Assembly (NCBI GenBank): GCA_037440005.1
Contig: JBBIUY010000006.1
Coordinates: forward strand, 44,326 to 108,325
From: Armatimonadota bacterium
GTDB taxonomy: Bacteria > Sysuimicrobiota > Sysuimicrobiia > Sysuimicrobiales > Kaftiobacteriaceae
Direction of reading: 5' to 3'
Length of the DNA stretch: 64,000 nucleotides
The notes under the pieces were generated by a model, which was given only the letters and a program-made list of their open reading frames with translations, did not search any database and was not told where the DNA came from. Shown here one piece after another: positions 40,699 through 49,047 of this stretch; positions within the stretch are counted from its first letter, which is position 1; each line of letters opens with the position of its first letter. Both the position numbers and the translations under genes were made by a program.

Positions 40699-42651
40699 AT
40701 GGGACAGCAACGGCGCATCCTGCGTCCGGTCAACCCCGTCGGCACCCTGGACAGTCGCGAGTCGCTCAAGCGCAAGGCGGCGGCGCTGCTGGGGGTGCTG
40801 GGCAGCCTGCTGGGCGCCGAGCTGGCCCGGCGCGCCGACAGGGTGGGCGCGCGGTCGCTGATGCGCAGCCGCCACCTGGGCCGGCAGGTCCTGGCCCTGC
40901 AGCGGCTCGTCTACGAGGACCCGACGCTGGCGGCGGTCCCCTCCGACGCCGAGATCCCCGCCATCCTGGAAGACCTGCAGGAGCGCATCGCGGACCTGAT
41001 GGCCCGCAAGGCCGTGGAGGACGAGCTGGAGCGGCGCGTGGCCGACCGGATGCGGGAGCGCCAGGAGGAGTACCTGCGGGAGCTGAAGATGCAGCTGCTC
41101 CGGGAGACCGGGGGAGGCGAGACCGAGGCCACCCGCCGCCGCCTGGAGGAGCTGGAGAGGTTGGAGCAGGTGCGCCTCGCCCGCACGGCCCTGGAGGCCC
41201 TGCGGCCCCGCCGGCTGTCCCAGGTGGTGGGCCAGGACCGGGCGGTGCGGTCGCTGCTGGCCAAGTTGGCCGTGCCGGTGCCCCAGCACGTGATCCTGTA
41301 CGGGCCGCCCGGCGTAGGCAAGACCACCGTCGCCCGCCTGGTCCTGGAGGAGGCCAAGAAGCTGCCGGGCAGCCCGTTCCGCAGGGACGCCCCCTTCATC
41401 GAGGTGGACGGCTCCACCCTGCGGTGGGACGCTCGGGAGGCCACCAACCCCCTGCTGGGGTCGGTGCACGACCCCATCTACCAGGGCAGCCGGAGGGAGT
41501 TCGCCGACCTGGGCATCCCCGAGCCCAAGCTGGGCCTGGTCACCCGCGCCCACGGCGGGGTGCTGTTCGTGGACGAGATCGGCGAGATGGACCCGGTCCT
41601 CCAGGCCAAGCTGCTGAAGGTCCTGGAAGACCGCCGGGTGTACTTCGAGTCGTCCTACTACGACCCCAGCAACCCGCACACCCCTGCGTACATCCGCAAG
41701 CTGTTCGAGGAGGGGGCGCCGGCCGACTTCATCCTGATCGGGGCCACCACCAAAGAGCCGGAGGAGATCAGCCCGACGCTGCGGTCGCGGTGCGCCGAGG
41801 TGTTCTTCGACCCCCTGTCCCAGGAGGACATCCAGAAGATCGTGCGGCAGGCGGCCCGGCGGCTGGGCGTGGAGATCAGCGCCGACGTCCCGCGCATCAT
41901 CAGCGAGTACACGGTGGAAGGGCGGCGCGCCGTGAACATCCTGGCCGACGCCTACGGGGTGGCTCTGTACCGCCGGCGGGGCCGGCTGGGCAACGGGGCG
42001 CGGAGGCCGCGGGTGCGGATCACCGTGCGGGACCTGCAGGAGGTCATCCGCGCCGGCCGGCTGGCCGCCAGCACCCTGGTGAAGGCGTCGGACACCCCCG
42101 AGGTGGGGCGGGTGTTCGCCCTGGGCGTGTCCCAGTACGTGGGGTCGGTGATCGAGATCGAGGCCACGGTGTTTCCGGTGGCCAGGCGCCAGAGGGGCAC
42201 CATCCGCTTCAACGAGACCGCCGGCTCCATGGCCAAGGACTCGGTGTTCAACGCCGTGTCGGTGATCCGGAGGCTCACCGGGATCGACGTGAGCGGCTAC
42301 GACATCCACGTCAACGTCATCGGCGGGGGACTCATCGACGGGCCCAGCGCCGGGCTGGCCGTGGCCCTGGCCATGCTGTCGGCCCTGCAGAAAAAGCCCC
42401 TGCGCCAGGACGTGGCCGTCACCGGGGAGATCTCCATCCAGGGCAAGATCCGGCAGGTGGGCGGGATTCCCGAGAAGATCTACGGGGCGCGCCAGGCGGG
42501 GATGCGCAAGGTCATCATCCCCGCCGAAAACCGGGCCGACGTGCCCGCAGACGTCAAGGGCCTGGAGGTGGTGTGCGTGTTCACCATCGACGAGGTGCTG
42601 CCCCACGTGTGGGCCCGGCCCTCCCGCCGGAAGGCGGGGCGGCACCCGTAG
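40699..42651 (+). CDS. Lon-like ATP-dependent protease (AAA+ module plus S16 Ser-Lys protease domain; LonB/LonC-like, no Lon N-terminal domain)
   Basis: Walker A GPPGVGKTT, Walker B LFVDEIGEMD, and the Lon protease motif DGPSAGLAVALAM. Confidence 0.85.
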   Translation: MGQQRRILRPVNPVGTLDSRESLKRKAAALLGVLGSLLGAELARRADRVGARSLMRSRHLGRQVLALQRLVYEDPTLAAVPSDAEIPAILEDLQERIADLMARKAVEDELERRVADRMRERQEEYLRELKMQLLRETGGGETEATRRRLEELERLEQVRLARTALEALRPRRLSQVVGQDRAVRSLLAKLAVPVPQHVILYGPPGVGKTTVARLVLEEAKKLPGSPFRRDAPFIEVDGSTLRWDAREATNPLLGSVHDPIYQGSRREFADLGIPEPKLGLVTRAHGGVLFVDEIGEMDPVLQAKLLKVLEDRRVYFESSYYDPSNPHTPAYIRKLFEEGAPADFILIGATTKEPEEISPTLRSRCAEVFFDPLSQEDIQKIVRQAARRLGVEISADVPRIISEYTVEGRRAVNILADAYGVALYRRRGRLGNGARRPRVRITVRDLQEVIRAGRLAASTLVKASDTPEVGRVFALGVSQYVGSVIEIEATVFPVARRQRGTIRFNETAGSMAKDSVFNAVSVIRRLTGIDVSGYDIHVNVIGGGLIDGPSAGLAVALAMLSALQKKPLRQDVAVTGEISIQGKIRQVGGIPEKIYGARQAGMRKVIIPAENRADVPADVKGLEVVCVFTIDEVLPHVWARPSRRKAGRHP

Positions 42652-42722
42652 GCGCCGCGCCCGGCGGCCCCCTCCGGGAGGGTGTCCGCGGAGACCCCCG
42701 GGTTTCACCCCGTTTCTACAGG

Positions 42723-42731
42723 TTATCCACA
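42723..42731 (+). promoter_or_regulatory. Perfect DnaA box TTATCCACA upstream of dnaB
   Basis: An exact match to the consensus 9-mer, about 165 bp upstream of the dnaB ATG. Confidence 0.55.
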
Positions 42732-42835
42732 GGTAAATTGCCCCTCTCCCACCTCAGGACGGCTGATGCCCACAAGGAAACCCACAGCCTCCGGCCCTAA
42801 TCTGGTAGGCCGTACCGGTCCCCCGATCGGGGGAC

Positions 42836-42866
42836 TTGACGTGTTCGAACGTACGTTCGCTATAAT
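42836..42866 (+). promoter_or_regulatory. dnaB promoter with an embedded perfect Cheo-type LexA (SOS) box
   Basis: The -35-like ttgacg is at 42836..42841, the palindrome cgaacgtacgttcg at 42846..42859, and the -10 tataat at 42861..42866. The box ends 1 nt before the -10, as in the lexA promoter. Confidence 0.65.
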
Positions 42867-42895
42867 GGGCGCGCACGCCTGCCAGGAGGAGGAGC

Positions 42896-45235
42896 ATGTC
42901 GATACCGGCCGTCGCCATTGAGCGGGTGCCTCCCCAGAACCTGGAGGCCGAGCAGGGTGTGCTCGGGTCGATGCTGCTGGACCGGGACGCCATCGCCCGG
43001 GTGGTGGAGCTGATCCGGCCGGAAGACTTCTACCGGGACGCCCACCGCCGCATCTACGAAACCATCGTGGACCTGTTCGAGCGCGGCGAGCCGGTGGACC
43101 TCATCACCGTCACCGACCGTCTGCGAGACCGGGGGCAGCTGGACGACGTGGGGGGAGCCAGCTACGTCACGTCCCTGCTGCACGCCATCCCCACGGCGGC
43201 CAACGTGGAGTACTACGCCCGCATCGTGCTGCAGAAGTCCATGCTCCGCCAGCTGATCGCCGCCGGCACCCAGATCGCCCAGATGGGCTACGAGGGCGAC
43301 ACCGACGTGGAGATGCTGGTGGACCGGGCCGAGAAGCTGGTGTTCTCCATCGCCAACCGGCGGCTGGCCCAGGAGTTCGTGCCCATCCGGGAGATCCTCA
43401 AGGAGAGCTTCGAGCGCATCGACCGCCGCTACCAGGACAAGGGGACCGTCACCGGGGTGCCCACGGGGTTCGCGGACCTGGACATGCTCACCAGCGGCCT
43501 GCAGCCGGCGGACCTGGTCATCGTGGCCGCCCGCCCGGCCATGGGCAAGTGCCTGAAGTACGACAGCGAGGTGGTGGACCCGCGCACCGGCGAGGTCCGG
43601 ACCATCCAGGAGGTGGTCGGCCGGGGCGAGGCGGTCCTGTGGACCCTGGACGAGGGCGGCCGCCTGCGGACGGGGTCCCCCAGCCACTTCGTCAACGACG
43701 GCATCCGCCCCGTCTACCGGGTGCGGACCGCCTCGGGGCGGGAGGTGGAGACCACCGCCTCCCACCCGTTCCTCACGCCCGGGGGGTGGCGGCCGCTGGT
43801 GGACCTGCAGGTGGGGGAGCCCATCGCCGTGCCCGCCCGGCTGCCCGCCTTCGGCGCGCTGGACCTGCCGGCCTACGAGGTCAAGCTCCTGGCGTACCTG
43901 TGCGCCCGGGCCATGGCGACGTCCCCGGTCCTGGCCGCCGACTACGCCGACGCGGTGGCGGTCGGCGAGGCGATCCGGGCGGCCACCCGCCCCCAGCCCG
44001 CGCCCCCGGCCCGGGACCCCGTGGAACCCTTCCCGGTGCAGGGGGCGGCGGTGCCGGAGGTGGTGGGGGCGCTGCTGGCGCGGCACCCGGTGCTGGCAGA
44101 GCCGGCGGAGTCCGCCGCCCTGCCGGGCGTGGTGTTTACCCTGACCCGTCCCAAGCTGGCCCTGTTCCTGTCCCGGCTGCTGGCGTGCACCGCCGCGGCC
44201 GAGGGCGAGCCGGAGGCGCCGGTGGTGCGCTGCCGCCTGCCCAGCGCCCGCATGGCGCGCCAGTGCCAGCACCTGCTGCTGCGGTTCGGGGTGGCGGCGT
44301 CGGTGGACGGCCCGCACCTGCAGGTCCGGGGAGACCATGCCTGGAGGCTGTTCGCCCGGGTGGGCCTGCTGGGGTGGGAGCGGTGGCGGCAGCGGGCGCG
44401 GCACGAGGTCGAGAGCCTGCTGCCGGAGTCCGACGTGCTGTGGGATGTGGTGGTGGCCATCGAAGACAGCGGCGAGGCCCAGGTCTACGACCTGACGGTC
44501 CCTCCCACCCACAACTTCGTGGCCAACGACATCTGCGTGCACAACACCACCTTCAGCCTCAACATCGCCCAGCACGCGGCCATCCACCACCACATTCCCG
44601 TGGCCATCTTCAGTCTGGAGACCAGCAAGGAGCAGCTAGTGCAACGCTTTCTGTGCGCCGAAGCGGAGGTGGACGGCAGCAAGCTGCGCACGGGCTTTCT
44701 GGCCGACAGCGACTGGCCCAAGCTGGCCCGGGCCATGGGCCGGCTGTCGGAGGCGCCCATCTTCATCGACGACTCGGCCACCATCTCCGTCATCGAGATG
44801 CGGGCCAAGGCCCGCAAGATGAAGGCCGAGCACGGGCTGGGCCTGATGGTGGTGGACTACCTGCAGATGATCCAGTCCTACAAGCGCACCGAGAACCGCA
44901 CCCAGGAGATCAGCGAGATCGCCCGGTCCCTGAAGTCGCTGGCGAAAGAGCTGAACATTCCCCTCATCGCCATCTCCCAGCTGTCCCGGGCGGTGGAGGT
45001 CACCGGCACCCGGCGGCCGATGCTGTCCCACCTGCGGGAGAGCGGCGAGCTGGAGCAGGTGGCGGACCTGGTACTCTTCATCTACCGGGAGGATTACTAC
45101 AATCCGGATACGGACAAGAAAAACATCGCCGAGATCATCATCGCCAAGCACCGCAACGGACCCATCGGCACCGTGGAACTGTACTTCCACAAGGAGTTCA
45201 GCCGGTTTGCCAACCTGGACCGCCGCCGCGTCTGA
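42896..45235 (+). CDS. dnaB: Replicative DNA helicase DnaB interrupted by an in-frame intein
   Basis: The DnaB N-domain is followed by AARPAMGK (Walker A), which is interrupted; extein sequence resumes TTFSLNIAQH and continues to LRESGELEQVADLV and beyond. The total of 779 aa compares with about 445 aa expected. Confidence 0.93.
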   Translation: MSIPAVAIERVPPQNLEAEQGVLGSMLLDRDAIARVVELIRPEDFYRDAHRRIYETIVDLFERGEPVDLITVTDRLRDRGQLDDVGGASYVTSLLHAIPTAANVEYYARIVLQKSMLRQLIAAGTQIAQMGYEGDTDVEMLVDRAEKLVFSIANRRLAQEFVPIREILKESFERIDRRYQDKGTVTGVPTGFADLDMLTSGLQPADLVIVAARPAMGKCLKYDSEVVDPRTGEVRTIQEVVGRGEAVLWTLDEGGRLRTGSPSHFVNDGIRPVYRVRTASGREVETTASHPFLTPGGWRPLVDLQVGEPIAVPARLPAFGALDLPAYEVKLLAYLCARAMATSPVLAADYADAVAVGEAIRAATRPQPAPPARDPVEPFPVQGAAVPEVVGALLARHPVLAEPAESAALPGVVFTLTRPKLALFLSRLLACTAAAEGEPEAPVVRCRLPSARMARQCQHLLLRFGVAASVDGPHLQVRGDHAWRLFARVGLLGWERWRQRARHEVESLLPESDVLWDVVVAIEDSGEAQVYDLTVPPTHNFVANDICVHNTTFSLNIAQHAAIHHHIPVAIFSLETSKEQLVQRFLCAEAEVDGSKLRTGFLADSDWPKLARAMGRLSEAPIFIDDSATISVIEMRAKARKMKAEHGLGLMVVDYLQMIQSYKRTENRTQEISEIARSLKSLAKELNIPLIAISQLSRAVEVTGTRRPMLSHLRESGELEQVADLVLFIYREDYYNPDTDKKNIAEIIIAKHRNGPIGTVELYFHKEFSRFANLDRRRV
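43550..44545 (+). mobile_element. DnaB intein (332 aa) inserted in the P-loop, with Hint domains and a central, apparently degenerate endonuclease-like region
   Basis: Starts with Cys (CLKYDSEVVDPRTGEVRTI, block A), has block B TTASHPFLT, and ends VYDLTVPPTHNFVANDICVHN followed by Thr at +1. Central LAGLIDADG-like motifs lack the acidic residues (LLAYLCARA, LALFLSRLLA). Confidence 0.85.
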
Positions 45236-45237
45236 CC

Positions 45238-46110
45238 GTGGACGCCGCCTTCGCCCTGCTGTCGGCCGCCCTGTTCGCCGGCAACGCCCTGTGCGTACGG
45301 CTGGGCCTGCGGGGGTCCACCGCCACCACCGCCACCCTGCTGTCGGTGGCGACCAACCTCACCGCCCTGTGGGCGCTGGCGGCGGCGCGGGGGTCTCTGG
45401 CGCGGATCGCCCACCCGGCGGCGGGGGTGTTCCTGCTGGCGGGCATGTTCGCGCCCGCGCTGGCGCGGCTCACCTACTATGAGAGCCTCACCCTGATCGG
45501 GGTCGCCCGGGCGGCCACCATCAGCAACACCACGCCGCTGTTCTCGGCCCTGCTGGCGGTCCCCGTCCTGGGAGAGCGCCTGAACTGGCGGATTGCCGCC
45601 GGCACCGTCCTGGTGGTGGCCGGGGTGGTGCTGGCGGTGCGCCAGGCGAGCGAGCCGGGCGCGGGGCGGGCAGCGGGCTCCTCGGGGGTGTCGGGGGCGC
45701 TGCTGGCCCTCAACACCGCCGTGATGGCCAGCATCTCGTTCATGCTGCGCAAGATCGGGCTGCGGATGCTGCCGGACCCCGTGCTGGGAGCGGCCCTGAC
45801 GGTCACCGGCTCGCTGCTGGTGCTGCTGCCCTATGCCGCCTCCCGCTGGAGGCGGGAGCCCCTGCGGGCGGACCGGCCCAGCCTGGGGTGGCTGGTGGCG
45901 GGCGGGCTGCTGACCACCGGGGGGTTTTTGGCCTACTACCTGGCCCTCCACCTGGGGGACGTGGTGCGGATCACCCCTCTGTCCAACACCACGCCCCTGT
46001 TCGCCGTGGCCCTGCTGTACGCGTTCCGGCAGGTGGAGACGGTGGCGCCCGCCACTGCCCTGGGGGCGGTGCTGGCCGTGGCGGGGGTGCTGCTGGTGGC
46101 GACCGGCTGA
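45238..46110 (+). CDS. EamA/DMT-family transporter
   Basis: Ten TM helices in two EamA repeats. The GTG start lies just after the dnaB stop. Confidence 0.75.
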   Translation: MDAAFALLSAALFAGNALCVRLGLRGSTATTATLLSVATNLTALWALAAARGSLARIAHPAAGVFLLAGMFAPALARLTYYESLTLIGVARAATISNTTPLFSALLAVPVLGERLNWRIAAGTVLVVAGVVLAVRQASEPGAGRAAGSSGVSGALLALNTAVMASISFMLRKIGLRMLPDPVLGAALTVTGSLLVLLPYAASRWRREPLRADRPSLGWLVAGGLLTTGGFLAYYLALHLGDVVRITPLSNTTPLFAVALLYAFRQVETVAPATALGAVLAVAGVLLVATG

Positions 46111-46111
46111 G

Positions 46112-47842
46112 TCAGTCTCCCACCCTCTCCAGCTCCTCGGCCACCGCCTCCACCAGCGGGGCCAGGGTGGCCTCGTCGAACCGGAAGGCCGCCCCGGCCT
46201 CCTCAAACAGCTGCGGCAGCGGCCGGGACCCGCCCAGGGTCAGCGCCCGCCAGTACCGCTCCACCGCCTCCCGGTGGTCGGCCCGGCTGCGCATCCAGAT
46301 CTGCAGCGCTCCGGTCATGGCGATGCCGTACTCGACGTAGTAGAAGGGGGCCACGTACAGGTGCAGCTGCCGTTGCCAGGTCCACGCCAGCGCCTCCTCG
46401 TAGCCCGACCAGTCCACCACCGGGTTGAACCGTCGGTAGATCTGCACCCAGGCCGCCCGCCGTTCCTGTGAGGAGTGCTCGGGGTACGTGTACACCCAGT
46501 GCTGGAAGGCGTCGATGGTGGCCACCCAGGGCAGGGTGGTGACGGCGTCTTCCAGGGCGTTGCGGTAGGAGCGCCGGTAGTCCTCGGGGTCGGTGTAGAA
46601 CACGTCCACGTGCCGGGCGGCCAGCAGCTCCATGCCGAAGGACGCCACCTCGGCGAACTCGACGGGGCAGGTGCGGTAGTGGAGCAGAGGCTGCTCCCGG
46701 GACGCCAGGGTGTGGAACGCGTGGCCGCCTTCGTGGAGCAGCAGGCGGATGTCGTCATCCCGCCCCGCCGCGTTGCCGAAGATGAACGGCCAGCGCCTCT
46801 CGTGCAGGGTGCTCTGGTAGCCGCCCGGGGCTTTGCCCCTGCGGCTGTCCAGATCCAGCAGCCCCTGCTCCCGCAGGAACCGGAACTGGTCGGCCAGGCC
46901 CGGATCCACCCGGCGGAAGATCTCCTCGATGCCCTCCAGCAGGCGGTCGGTGGTCTGGAAGGGCCGCAGGGGCGGGCGGCCCCGCGGGTCCACCAGGAGG
47001 TCCCACGGGCGCAGGCGGTCCACGCCCAGATGGCGGCGGCGGCGCTCCAGGATCCGCTGGGCCACGGGCACGGCGGTGCGCGCGATGCTGTCGTGGAACC
47101 GGAGGCAGTCCTCCGGCGTGTAGTCGAACCGACGCCGGCGGCGGAAGGCGTAGTCGCGGTAGGTGGAAAAGCCCGCCTGGCGCGCCATCTGGGTGCGCAG
47201 GGCCACCATCCGGTCGTACAGGGCGTCCAGGGCGGCCGCGTCCTGCAGCCGGCGGGCGGTGATCAGGTCCCACACCTCCTGGCGGACGGCGCGGTCCGGC
47301 TCTTCCAGAAAGCGCAGGGCCTGCGGCAGGGTGAACTCCTCTCCCCGGTAGGTGATGGTCATGGCCCCGGTGATCTTCTGGTAGTCCTTCCTCAGCAGCG
47401 CGTCCTCGGTTTCCAGGGGGATGTTCTCCTCCCTGAACAGGGCCACGTCGTTGCGGACGATCCGGTCCAGGACCTCGTAGCGGTCCGGCTGGAGCAGCTG
47501 CCGGCAGGGGTGTTCCAGGTACCGCACCTCCAGCCGGTGCCAGAGGGGTTTGGCCCGGGGCTCGATCTGCTCCACGAACTCCCGGTAGGCGGCCTCCCGG
47601 GCGGGGTCGTCGGTGCGGGTGGTCATGGCGATGTAGCGGCGGGTGCGTTCCTCGTCCAGGGCCGCCCTCAGCTCCGAGCAGTCCTGCAGCCACCGCTCCA
47701 TCTCCTCGACCGTCTCGATGGGCCGGTCCAGCAGCTGCTGGAACAGCGGCTCCACCTGGGCCCAGTCGCCCATCTGTGCCTCCGCCGGCACGAACCTCCG
47801 GGGGAAGGTCCGGCGCAGGTCCACCTGGAGCGTGTTTGGCAC
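46112..47842 (-). CDS. pepF: M3B oligoendopeptidase F-like metallopeptidase
   Basis: HEGGHAFH zinc motif with a downstream E; 576 aa. Confidence 0.85.
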   Translation of the reverse strand: MPNTLQVDLRRTFPRRFVPAEAQMGDWAQVEPLFQQLLDRPIETVEEMERWLQDCSELRAALDEERTRRYIAMTTRTDDPAREAAYREFVEQIEPRAKPLWHRLEVRYLEHPCRQLLQPDRYEVLDRIVRNDVALFREENIPLETEDALLRKDYQKITGAMTITYRGEEFTLPQALRFLEEPDRAVRQEVWDLITARRLQDAAALDALYDRMVALRTQMARQAGFSTYRDYAFRRRRRFDYTPEDCLRFHDSIARTAVPVAQRILERRRRHLGVDRLRPWDLLVDPRGRPPLRPFQTTDRLLEGIEEIFRRVDPGLADQFRFLREQGLLDLDSRRGKAPGGYQSTLHERRWPFIFGNAAGRDDDIRLLLHEGGHAFHTLASREQPLLHYRTCPVEFAEVASFGMELLAARHVDVFYTDPEDYRRSYRNALEDAVTTLPWVATIDAFQHWVYTYPEHSSQERRAAWVQIYRRFNPVVDWSGYEEALAWTWQRQLHLYVAPFYYVEYGIAMTGALQIWMRSRADHREAVERYWRALTLGGSRPLPQLFEEAGAAFRFDEATLAPLVEAVAEELERVGD

Positions 47843-47979
47843 GGCTGATCCCTCCGATCTCCGACGGCGGGCAAACCTTGGCTATTTTGGGGAGGCCGGG
47901 GGGGATTTCCTGCCGCCCGGGCCGAACTGCAGGCCGTGTGGGCGGTCGACATGCAGCGGCCCCCGCCGGGGTGCAGGCG

Positions 47980-49047
47980 TCAGCCCTCCAGGATCAGGGC
48001 GGCCGCCCGGTCCGCCGCGGCCTCCGCCGTCCCCGTGGCCCGCAGCCCCGGCCGCGCCGCCGCGCGGGCCGTGTCCGTCGCCAGGTCCAGGGTATGCTGG
48101 CAGGCGGCCAGGACAGTCCCGCGGCGGTCGTGGTAGCGGGCCAGGTAGACCTGCTCGGTCTGGCCGGGCGTGGGCACCAGCACCGCGCGCTTTCCCAGCG
48201 TGGCCAGTTCGCACAGGGTGGTGTAGCCGCTGCGGGAGACTACCACCCGCGCGCGGGCCAGCATCTCCTGCTGGCGCCGGCGGTCCAGGTAGGGGTACAC
48301 TTCCGCCCCGCCGGCCGCCGGTCCGGAAGAGCCGGGGCGGCCCAGGGCGACCACCACCCGGCCCGGCAGGCCCGGCAGCTGGCGCAGGACCTGCCGCTCC
48401 AGCAGCGTGCGCTGCGGCTCGGGACCCGAGATGGTCACGAACACGTCCACGTCCTGGGGCGCCGGCAGCGGCCGGACGCTGCACAGGGGGCCCACGTAGG
48501 CCAGCAGGGAGGCCGGGAACACCCGCAGGCCGTGGGCCAGGTCTCCCGCCAGGCGGTCCTGGGGGTCGTCGGGCACGATGACCTTCCGCAGGCGGGCGAA
48601 CCAGCGGTAGTTGAACGCTTCCAGGACCAGTTCGATCGGCCGCACGCGGCCGGGCGCGATGAAGCGCAGGCTGTGGGCGATGTGGAAGGAGGGCACCGCG
48701 GGGTGCTGGATGCCGTAGCGGTTGTCGCTGACGATGCGGTCAAACCGGGACCGGCGGTGCAGCGCCGCGGTGGCTGCCCGCTCGGCCGCCATCACCCGGA
48801 GCATGGCGGGCACCGCCAGCGCGCTGCGCAGGTAGAACCCCCAGGCGGTCCGGCTGATGGTCTGGGGGACGTCGGGCCAGGCCAGCAGCGCGCAGCGGCC
48901 GTCCAGCTCCTCCCGCAGCAGGGCCAGGGCCCGTCCGGCGCTGACGACGGTGATGTGGGCCCCGGCCGCCAGCAGCCGCTCCAGGACCGCCAGGCTGCGG
49001 GTGGCGTGGCCCAGGCCCCATGATCCGACACCATAGAGGATGCGCAT
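47980..49047 (-). CDS. GT-B glycosyltransferase (family 28 / MGT-like, MurG-fold)
   Basis: N-terminal ILYGVGSWGLGHATRSLAVLERL and a C-terminal GT-B nucleotide-sugar domain. Confidence 0.7.
   Translation of the reverse strand: MRILYGVGSWGLGHATRSLAVLERLLAAGAHITVVSAGRALALLREELDGRCALLAWPDVPQTISRTAWGFYLRSALAVPAMLRVMAAERAATAALHRRSRFDRIVSDNRYGIQHPAVPSFHIAHSLRFIAPGRVRPIELVLEAFNYRWFARLRKVIVPDDPQDRLAGDLAHGLRVFPASLLAYVGPLCSVRPLPAPQDVDVFVTISGPEPQRTLLERQVLRQLPGLPGRVVVALGRPGSSGPAAGGAEVYPYLDRRRQQEMLARARVVVSRSGYTTLCELATLGKRAVLVPTPGQTEQVYLARYHDRRGTVLAACQHTLDLATDTARAAARPGLRATGTAEAAADRAAALILEG

Noticed and set aside
43550-44545. Functional LAGLIDADG homing endonuclease inside the DnaB intein
   Set aside because: The motif positions are recognisable but the acidic catalytic residues are replaced (LLAYLCARA, LALFLSRLLA). 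It was called degenerate, not active.
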